Assembly: GCA_002189035.1 (NCBI GenBank)
Contig: NEEC01000002.1
Coordinates: forward strand, 1,364,001 to 1,428,000
Reading direction: 5' to 3'
Source: Utricularia gibba
Taxonomy: Eukaryota > Plantae > Magnoliophyta
DNA: 64,000 nucleotides
Part shown: piece after piece, positions 10,931-19,929 of the stretch
How positions within the stretch are numbered: position 1 is the stretch's first letter
Layout of the letters: every line of letters starts with the position of its first letter
The notes under the pieces: model-generated
Told to the model about the DNA's origin: nothing
Databases searched by the model: none
What the model saw: only the letters and a program-made list of their open reading frames with translations
Made by a program: the position numbers and the translations under genes

Positions 10931-11656
10931 ACAGCGAAAACAAGGGCCTGCTCTTCCCCTTCACTATATCTTTCTTATCAAATGACGAAGCAGGGAGAAG
11001 GAAACGAACTCCTTGGATCGAGTGAGCGCGTACCGTACTTTCCCAGAAATAGGGATTTCAACCGGCCTTGAAACTCACTCGACGGTGCTAGGAATCCGAT
11101 TTCATAGAGGCTTTTGATTTTGCGGGAGTAGTCTCGGTTTCCGATGTTTATATTGGGTGTTCCTTATCTGCAATATGAGATAGATTTGGGGATGTAAAAA
11201 TGAGGTCCAAAAACAAATATGACTCTTTGGAGGGACCTCCACAGCACATTTGCTTTTCATTCATCTTTCAACTCACCCACACTCTTCACACTCTCTCTAC
11301 CACTCTCGCCTGAAAACTTCTGGGTGACTTAGAAACAAGCTCCTGCGCTCTGTATCTCATTCATGTCCTGTGTTATACAAATGTGGTCCTTAGAAACCGG
11401 AGCCACTGGTTTGAAGAGGATACCGACCGTTCTTCTGGTTCAATTCATAGGGTAAAATCATCTATTCTAGCTTTCGCTGAACCATGCTACCAAGATGATG
11501 CATACCAATTACGAGGGAAAAAAAAGAAGTGATTACAGAATTAGAAGCAGACCACGTACGTTACAAGGAAGATCATTATTGAAGCAATGCTGTTTCAAGC
11601 AGAGCTGGAAGCAAGCAAGAAGCTGCAAGACCAAAACATCTATAGCAGTGTCAACT

Positions 11657-12523
11657 CTATTTCTTTCCAGTCATGCCGGCGACGACCTGAAAGTACATGA
11701 AAAGGTGAGACTCCATGACATATTTTCTTTTCAATGGAGGAGTGCTCACAAGAATGGAGTAAATGAAATACTGACATCATTAAGTGGAGTTGGAGGAACT
11801 TTCTTGGCTGTTTCAAGGGAGTCCAATATAGGCCTTACCACTGCAGGGAGAAAGAGTCCTGCAAACGCCCCGTTATCAGAAGCATGTTGACCAGTGTTTG
11901 TTTCAACACGAAGATTAAACCATTCAATGAGATTGCTTATACATGATTCAGATCAAAACAAACGAATTAAGCACTATTTAATAAACACAAGCCTTCCACT
12001 AGTTATCTTCATAACAACAATGCCATATCACATAGAGAATGATATGATATTAATCAACAGGCTTTGGAAAATTAGTGAAAACTGAATGTCGTCAAATGCC
12101 CCGGTCGCCATGGGCAAATCGATTGCATAAATCCATTTCTCCAATTCTACTGCTCCATACAAAATCATTTTTTTTTCAAAGAACCCTTTACCCAAATAGT
12201 GCATCACAGCAAATTGGTTCAATCCATGCCCTAGAACAAGCGGCACCGCTACACAAGAACTAGAGAATAATAATTTCTGAAACTCCCGGCACAGCCGGCG
12301 CGAAAGAGACCCCAAGACGCAATGTCCAACATCTAAATCCATCCGAAATCAGAAAAAAAAAAAAAAGAAACCAAATTGATCGTTCGATTGGATTCCGCAC
12401 ACAACCAAACCGAGAATCAATTAGCTAAAAGAGGAGATCACAACCTACACCGGCCATGAGACACGAGACAGCAACTACCGGCTCCTGAACGACGAAAATT
12501 TTCAGTTTCTCCATCACCGGCAT
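11657..12523 (-). CDS. NDUFA3: Mitochondrial complex I subunit B9 (NDUFA3; At2g46540/Fb11-like), 3 short exons; missed by the ORF track
   Basis: MPVMEKLKIFVVQEPVVAVSCLMAGV|GLFLPAVVRPILDSLETAKKVPPTPLND|VVAGMTGKK* with GT-AG introns; closely matches the recalled plant B9 sequence. Confidence 0.92.
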
Positions 12524-12787
12524 CTTTCCTCTTCCTCTGTGTGGTGCCTCGAAACTTTGACAAAATTTCACAATATGAAAATAATAGGGCTTACAGCCCA
12601 ATAAAGAATATATTTCCCCTTAAGGCCCCATAATTTTAGAAAATTCTCAGTTTCGGCCCATGAACAATAACGGACCTTTTTCTTCCTTTTTCCGCTTTCT
12701 GTACTACACACGTTTCAGCGTCTCTACCGGAGAAGAAAGCTCCACCTGAAGCTGCCTGATGAGTAGTGCAGATAAATGAACTTCCTT

Positions 12788-14410
12788 TCAGTTTGATACC
12801 AATCCTTCCAAATCCACTTCCACAAAGCGATGATCAGCGACAACTTTTTCCAGTAACAGATTCCAGATGCTGGGAACAGCAGAAGCCGCCTGTCTAAGCA
12901 CACAAAGCACATCATCTTTGTTTCCAGAATCGAAAAGCCCCAGAATAAGTTTACAGTAAGTGGCTTCACTTGGTGTAAACCCTCTGCCATACATCTCTTC
13001 CAAGATCCCCATCGCAAATTTGGCGAACCCCGCCTTGCAGAAACATTGGATCAACATGTCGTAAGTGAATGAACTCGGAAGGCAACCCCTTGCAACCATT
13101 TGATCCCATAGTCGTCCTGCTTCGCAGAGCTCTCCCTTGTCGCACATCCCGGCTATCAGGGTGTTGTATGCAACCAGACTAGGAATGCATCCCTTTTCAA
13201 ATTCATCAAACAGTTTTCTTGCTTCCCAAACCTGATCCTCCTTGCATAGCCAATAAACAAGTGTGCTTAGTATCGAATTGTCTGGTGTACAGTTCTTCAA
13301 CAGTAATACCCTCCATAGCTGGGATGCTTGCGCAACCTTACCATCTCTGCATAAAGCGTCTACCACTTTACAGCATAAGCTTGAGCTGGGAACATATTTC
13401 TTGTCAAGCATGTCGTTAACCATGTTCATGGCTTCCCCGGGCTTGTTTTGCTTGCACAATGCCTCGATCATAACACTGTATGTTACATCATTTGGTTCCA
13501 CTCTATTCTCTTCCATTTCGTCCATGACTTGGGTTGCCTCGACAAACTTTCCCAACTTACAGAAACCGTCTATCAGAACGGTGTAAGTTGTAGCATCAGG
13601 CAGGCAGCCCTTGTACACAATTTCATCAAATACAGCTTTGGCTGCATTCATGTCTCCTCGATCCACATACCCAGCCATTAGAGTAGTGTAGCTTACCACA
13701 TTGGGAACTATCCCCATTGCAGGCATCTCATCCAACAACTTGAGTGCGCCTTCAAGATCATTCTTCTTACACAGAGCTTTCAACAGAATGTTGCAAGTGA
13801 AGACATTGGGAACAATATTGAACTTTTTCTTGGAATTCTTGAATAAAAGGTAAACAGAATCGTACCTCTTATTCTGAACCAACGCATTCAACAAAGTGTT
13901 CAACGAACGAACTGACCTTTTAACTCCAAAATCAGTGATATGTAGGAATGTCCTGATTGACTCCCTCGGATTGCTGTCAATACCATAGTTCCGGATCAGT
14001 GAGATGAACAAATTCTCACCACAAGTAACTCCTGAATCTCGCAAATCTCTCAAGAGCAAAGCTACCGGTCCAAATTCCCGCGCACGGGAGAGCTTGTGGA
14101 TCATGGCATTATAAGTGTCATAATTGTGGGCGAAATTGGGATGATACTTCCCGGCATAGTCAAAAATCTGAAGAGCGAGATCAAGATTCTGCTGCTGCGT
14201 GATAATGGAGCAGAGACGTTTTGGAGTAAGTTTCTGGGGCCAAGGTTTGATGGGTGGTGTGACGGTGTAGTCGTCAAGAACAGAGGATTGAATATTGATG
14301 CGTTGGTTGCAGCCGCCTGGAGCGGCGGCGATGGATGTGATAGAGCAGAAATACGAAGAGCGGAAAATAGTAGCATGGAGAGCGGAACAATTTCTCCGGC
14401 GAGCCAACAT
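12788..14410 (-). CDS. P-class pentatricopeptide repeat protein, probably mitochondrial (At5g16420-like), intronless CDS
   Basis: 540-aa ORF with tandem 35-aa PPR motifs (TCNILLKALCKK, SYTTLMAGY, TYTVLIDGFCKLG, TYSVMIEALCK, AYNTLIAGMC) and N-terminal PPIKPWPQKLTPKRL. Confidence 0.95.
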   Translation of the reverse strand: MLARRRNCSALHATIFRSSYFCSITSIAAAPGGCNQRINIQSSVLDDYTVTPPIKPWPQKLTPKRLCSIITQQQNLDLALQIFDYAGKYHPNFAHNYDTYNAMIHKLSRAREFGPVALLLRDLRDSGVTCGENLFISLIRNYGIDSNPRESIRTFLHITDFGVKRSVRSLNTLLNALVQNKRYDSVYLLFKNSKKKFNIVPNVFTCNILLKALCKKNDLEGALKLLDEMPAMGIVPNVVSYTTLMAGYVDRGDMNAAKAVFDEIVYKGCLPDATTYTVLIDGFCKLGKFVEATQVMDEMEENRVEPNDVTYSVMIEALCKQNKPGEAMNMVNDMLDKKYVPSSSLCCKVVDALCRDGKVAQASQLWRVLLLKNCTPDNSILSTLVYWLCKEDQVWEARKLFDEFEKGCIPSLVAYNTLIAGMCDKGELCEAGRLWDQMVARGCLPSSFTYDMLIQCFCKAGFAKFAMGILEEMYGRGFTPSEATYCKLILGLFDSGNKDDVLCVLRQAASAVPSIWNLLLEKVVADHRFVEVDLEGLVSN

Positions 14411-14812
14411 AGAGACCTAGTAAAGCCACGGAGGGATGTTCTGCTTCTCCCACAACTGAAATCGAATACCTAAATCATCAGCCCCGATTCTAGAACTCCA
14501 TCAAAATCATTTCGAACCAAAAATCAAAACTTTCACACATTCCCTTCCACTCCGATGCGAAGTAGACCCCGAGAATGTAGAATCTTATGGAAATTTCGAC
14601 TCAAAACTTCCACCTGATTACCTACATTAGCAAAGTGAGAACCTCGAAAAATACAGGCAGAGACGCCATCTCACACCGGCGATGAGTAAGGGCGCACCAA
14701 CCGCCGGCTTCTGAACTTCAAACGCTTCCAGTTCATCTGTCGATGGCATCCCTTCTACTCTGTATCACCTCCGTTCTTTTCCATAAGAGACGACGAAATT
14801 TGTCCATATGAA

Positions 14813-14871
14813 TGGGCTCATGGCCCATAATGTTCTTCTCTTATGGGCCAATTACAATAAACGACGGCCCA
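14813..14871. promoter_or_regulatory. Site II (TGGGCY) cluster; likely bidirectional promoter for PPR and DUF4079 genes
   Basis: Four TGGGCY/RGCCCA copies at 14813, 14822, 14844 and 14866 between two divergent 5' ends. Confidence 0.55.
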
Positions 14872-15121
14872 TGAACTGCAACAACTATTTTTCTAAAATT
14901 AAACTAATATATTATATTAAAGAAAATCTAAAGGACCCAAATGCTAAAAGGCAGTGTGGATAATCAAATCCTCTTGTTGTCAAAACAAAAAGAAAAATAA
15001 AAAGAAATTCTGTGAGGTATCCCACGCGTCATCTTCTCCATAGACCACAAGAACGTTCGCGTCTGAGCTCTCATCTTCTTCTCGCTTTCGTTTTTTTGTG
15101 TGGAGTAGTTTGGAGAAAGTC

Positions 15122-16691
15122 ATGGCTGCTACTCTATCCCTTCCTAAATTTCCCAATATCCCACCAAAAATCCCGGGTTCTGCTTCAAAATCGCTTCCCA
15201 GTTCGCTAATTGTCGCGAAATCGCAAAGCCCAGTTTCAGAAAGTACTCAGAAATCATGGAGCTCTGTAGCTATCGACATGAAATCTGCTTCTCTGCCTCT
15301 TGCAGCATTCACATTGCCTTTCTTGCTGGAATCTAAGGTATCGCAGTCTCTGTTTTTTTATTAATTTTGTATTTCAGTGATGGGAATTGGTGTGGTTCCT
15401 CGCAGGATGCGCTTGCTGTCGGTGGGGAATTCGGAATTTTGGAAGGACGATCTTTTGCGTTGATTCATCCTGTTGTGATGGGTGGATTGTTTTTGTATAC
15501 GTTGTATGCTGGGTATCTTGGTTGGCAATGGAGGAGAGTGAGAACCATACAGGATGAGATTAACGAACTTAAGAAGCAACTGAAACCTGTTGCGGTTACG
15601 CCTGACGGGTTACCAGCTGCGGAATCTCCTACGCCATCGCCTATTGAAGCTAAGATTCAACAACTCTCTGAGGTACAGTGCGTGCTGTGGGTACATTTGA
15701 TAAATTTTCAAGTTTTGAACAGCTTTACTAAGAGTAGAAGATGTATAGAAGACCTTTGGTGCAGTCGAAATGTTGGGATCATACTTTAACTTGGATTTAA
15801 TGACTAATGTCTCTCGGGTTTGAACATGAGCTCCCTCAGTATGTGTTTGAGAAATCAAGTGCGCTATGGTGATGAAAGTGTTCTAAATTGTTATACCTTA
15901 TCCTTCTGATTGTTCTTGTATTCCATCTCACCGCTACACTAGACACAAAAAGCATAACTGCATGTTCCAGTGTTGGTTTGTTCTTCCAAGGTCATTTCTT
16001 TATAGAGAGACAAAGTTTCTTGACTGTGTTTCCGCCATTCTGAAAATTTCATTGATTTTAGGAAAGAAAGGAGTTGATTAAAGGGTCATTCAGGATAAAC
16101 ATTTCAATGCGGGTTCTATACTACTTGCATTTGTGTGTTTTGAGTCCGTCGGTGGTGGCATCAATACATGGTTCAGAGCTGGAAAGCTTTTCCCAGGTCC
16201 TCATTTATTCAGTGGTGCAGGTTAGTCAAACACTCGTTCTTCGGGAAGCTTTTCTGCCTATGTTTTCTAGTACTTCAACAAGGATGATATGTATGATGAA
16301 ATATTGCTCCACTTCATTTTATGACAATGTGAAGCGGAATGAGCATGCTTGTTTGATTTAGAGCATAATAAAGGCGTGAATCTTCACTTCCTAGCTGATT
16401 GTATTTCCAACTGATAGTTGTTTCAAAATGCCTTTTGAATAGTGCAAATTTATTGCAACTTTGAGTTCGACTCCAACCTAACTATTGTACCACTGTTTGC
16501 ATCGTAAAACAGCCATTACAGTTCTTTGGGCAGCGGCGGCTGCGTTGGTTCCTGCAATGCAGAAGGGTAATGAAACAGCGAGGAATCTTCACATTCTTTT
16601 GAATGCAGTTAATGTAATCCTCTTCATTTGGCAGATCCCTACCGGGATTGACATTGTCTTCAAAGTTTTCGAGTTCACTCAATGGCCTTGA
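15122..16691 (+). CDS. Chloroplast DUF4079 membrane protein (At3g61870-like), 4 exons, frameshift near 16093
   Basis: Transit-peptide-like MAATLSLPKFPNIPPK...; |DALAVGGEFGILEGRSFALIHPVVMGGLF..GYLGWQWRRVRTIQDEINELKKQ..|ERKELIKGSFR(D)KHFNAGSILL..GKLFPGPHLF|AITVLWAAAAALVPAMQKGNETARNLHILLN..FEFTQWP*. Confidence 0.92.
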
Positions 16692-17768
16692 TCTGTGTGA
16701 TCTCATTTTGACTTATATGCTTAAATACTTCACTTTCGTCTGTATATATGAACTCTGTTATAATATCTACTTTTCATTGTAGTTGTGAGAAAAAGATGAA
16801 ATTTTTTGGAATGCAAAGCGTAAAACAGAGGTCAATTGAATTCTTGTTGCGTACATGATTATTGACTCACATGGGCGAGTCAGAAACTCCTATTTCTCTC
16901 TGAAAATCTGTCTGCTGTTGTTGGTTCATGTGGAGGGGCGCTTATATGTTGAATCTGCCGAGTTTCTCGAACCACTGCTTTAGCCATGAATTCCAATGCG
17001 TAGCAACCCGAATCAGTGTGTATGTTAGAATTCCAACCACTCATTATATATCACTGTGCTGAGAGTTGAATTACCAGTAGCATTGATGTGAGCTGCACAG
17101 CTACCCAAAAGCCAGCTTCAGTTTGGACCAACAGTATACACACTAAAGTAACGCACCAGTGCTTCCCATGGTTTACCTCTGTCACAACTTCATTTACATG
17201 CCTCTTTTTTTTCCTTCACCTTCATTGCAGGTAAGCACAGATAGATAACTTCTTTGCAGGTATGTGCAGATAACCCTGTTCTCAATTTGGGTTCTTGATC
17301 CCTTCTTCCAACTCCAATTCCCAGGGGAAGATGGGGAAAAAGGATTCGTAAATGCATTTTCAAACCGTCACAGATAAGATGCCGGGCGTTGGTTTTTCAA
17401 TTCTTCAATAAATGAGACAGAGATGGATAGATGAGAGGGGGAGACAAGTGACAGAGAGGCATGACAAATTTTCCCGGGTGGAAAACAAGCTGCTTTAGTA
17501 GGGTAAATGCAGTGGAATTGTCCTTTTTTGTCCTCGTTACAGCCCCATTGATAAAACATACATCGGTTTCTTCTTCCTTCAACTCTCCCTTGAAAAAAGG
17601 CGAAACTTTTGGGCTCCCATTTTGACTTTCCTTTGTTCCTCGAATTGCTCCTGTCGTTTCGCGGGCAACTCCTAACTCTCTGTGTATATATACACACACA
17701 TACATGCCAGTGACGAGCGCGCAGTAAGTGCAATGGTGCTTGAGATTGGAGCCTCGGGAGCTTGCGTT

Positions 17769-17868
17769 TTAGAGGGGAATGTCGTTTGGCTCGAGGATCC
17801 AAAGACGCAGATGCATCTTGCTGCATCTCCCTGTTCGCGTCCTCGGACCAGGCTTCATTCCCCCTTAA
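17769..17868 (+). ncRNA. MIR166: MIR166 precursor hairpin (mature miR166-3p 17843-17863; star 17776-17796)
   Basis: Exact mature miR166 TCGGACCAGGCTTCATTCCCC on the 3' arm; 5' arm GGAATGTCGTTTGGCTCGAGG resembles canonical miR166-5p and pairs with it; basal stem TTAGAGGGGAAT/ATTCCCCCTTAA; TATA-like TATATATA near 17685 upstream. Confidence 0.96.
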
Positions 17869-18092
17869 TTCTATGCTCTTTCCTGTGCCCAAGACCAGAG
17901 ACTTGCTCCTTTTTGGAATGCTTGCTGTTTCGCTTCCGCCATGGTGATTGGTATAATGATTAAAGAGAGCTTTCTGCATCATCATTACCAACTTCTTGTT
18001 TCCTTCTTCCACAACTAACAGCCTTTTCCTGCCAGCTTCAACCCTGTCTGCTACCAGAAAATTAGGGAAATCAAGTTTACGCTTTCGAGGGT

Positions 18093-18133
18093 TGGGCCTG
18101 ATGGCCCAATTTCTACAGAGGCCCAAAGGCCCA
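18093..18133. promoter_or_regulatory. Site II cluster downstream of MIR166 with no adjacent annotated gene
   Basis: TGGGCC at 18093; GGCCCA at 18103, 18120 and 18128. Confidence 0.45.
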
Positions 18134-18189
18134 GATTGGAACTCCAGAGGCCATATAGACTACCAGCACTCCATTTTTTCTTTCCCAAT

Positions 18190-19100
18190 CAATAAATAAA
18201 TATTATTTATATACCTTTAAAATTTTAAAATATTAAAGAATACTTCATTTTGCTCTATGGGTTGGCAACATGCAATGTAAGTATTGTGCCATTTTAGGAT
18301 AAGTGATTAATGAAATATTTAGACCGTATTTAGTATACTTGTTTGCATAATCCAGTTCAAAACGTTTGAAGTGATAGCATAAATTAAAGTAATAGCACAT
18401 GTTATAATTCAGAAATCATATAATATTTTTATAATATAAATGATATATAAAACATGTTTTTAAAGTTATCAAATATAATATTAATAATTATAGATAAATA
18501 TGTCATTTAATTATTAAAATCAATGTTATCATTTTTTATACTTCAAATATAGATTTACTCGGTAATAATTTTTTAAAAAAATTATTTCAAATATATAACA
18601 ATTCTCTTTTGTATTAGAATTTTCAATTCTTCTGAAATCAATTTTGTAATGATTTTTCTAAAATTGTCTTCAGTTTTTTCATTTTTCAGTTTTAAATAAA
18701 AGAATTAAATGATCTGGCTTTAATTATAAAAATTGAAGAATAGTTAGTGTACACAATTTTTCAAAATATTTAATAGACTTATTATCTATCTGTACAAACT
18801 AATAGTATTATATTCATTGATTTAGTTTTATTTATTTATTTAATATATATATATATTCAACATAATTTTTTTAAAAATATCTTTATTAAATATATTTTAA
18901 TTACAATTATCTATATATATTTATTTAAATATATTATTAATTCAACTAGTTTACTAAACAAACACTTATTTATACCTTAAATTTTAGAGAGAAATGTGTT
19001 CTAAAATGGATGAGTATCAAAATATATTTTTAAAAAATAAAATTGAGATGATGAAAAAGATAAAAAGAATTTAAAAAAAATATAGGGTCAATTGGTACCC
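18190..19100. other. Very AT-rich intergenic tract, possibly decayed non-autonomous TE sequence
   Basis: Abrupt composition shift to A/T-rich sequence; no clear TIRs, TSD or coding remnant identified. Confidence 0.3.
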
Positions 19101-19215
19101 ATGTGAACTTTGAGCCACAAAAAATTACTACAAATATTGAAAATAAATGGAAAAAGGTGCAGAGATGGATCAAGTGGGCAAGTTTGTGGTTGAGGATACA
19201 ATCCAGTAACATTGC

Positions 19216-19250
19216 GCCACTTGGCAGAGCGTCACTATTTTCGGCCCCAC
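19216..19250. promoter_or_regulatory. LHY/CCA1 promoter motifs: imperfect G-box palindrome and class I TCP site
   Basis: GCCACTTGGC at 19216-19225 and GGCCCCAC (GGNCCCAC) at 19243-19250, just upstream of the pyrimidine-rich 5' UTR exon (~19380-19490). Motif match only. Confidence 0.4.
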
Positions 19251-19929
19251 AGCAGGTTGCTCACCAGCCTCAAATATAATATTTTCATTTTTTTTATTTT
19301 TTGTAAAACAACTCACTCTTTATTTTTGTGGCGGATGATTTTCCCAGTTAAAAATATATCGGATATAAAAAGCGTACCAGTCTTACCCTTTTCTTCTTCT
19401 TCCACTTCGCGCTTGCTTCTCACGGTCGTTACTCTGAAGCTACTTCTTCAGCTTCAGGTCGCGCATTAGCTTTCTAGGTTCTCGATCTGCAGGTGATTTA
19501 GGTTTTTGTTTAATTTGGTGAATTTTGGATGGATTTACGCGGGCTAGTAGTTCAGTTGCTCTTTTTTTTTTCTTTTTCTTGAATTGGCTGCGCTGTTACT
19601 GTCAACAGTTTGGTTTTATAGTTCGTTGATGTGAACCGCCCTTGTTGATGAGATCTTGTGTTTGTTACCGATAATCGTACTTCGTTTGCCCTGCTGTCCT
19701 GCTTTTGTTTTTTTTTCTTTTTTGTGGCTTAGATTGACTTAATAAATCTTTCAATGCGTGCTAATTTTCAACTTACAGGAAACAGAAGCAGTTGGGACTC
19801 TCTGTCTTAATAGATTTCCTCGTTTTGGCTGCAGTAATTTTGTGATTCTTTGCTGCAAGAGCTGAGGTGTTCTGGTCAGCCAATTTTTCGCAGTTTCAGC
19901 ATTTGAAGCGTGATATTGACGCCTTTTAT

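Noticed and set aside
12028-12342. 104-aa ORF MDLDVGHCVLG..
   Set aside because: Lies wholly inside intron 1 of the B9 gene, has no recognisable motif and runs through a homopolymer; no convincing snoRNA boxes seen either.
16455-16480. GTTCGACTCC resembling a tRNA T-loop
   Set aside because: No cloverleaf, acceptor stem or A box; lies in a DUF4079 intron.
18203-18986. Imperfect ~22-bp direct repeat flanking the AT-rich tract
   Set aside because: Needs gaps and is almost all A/T, so chance similarity is likely.
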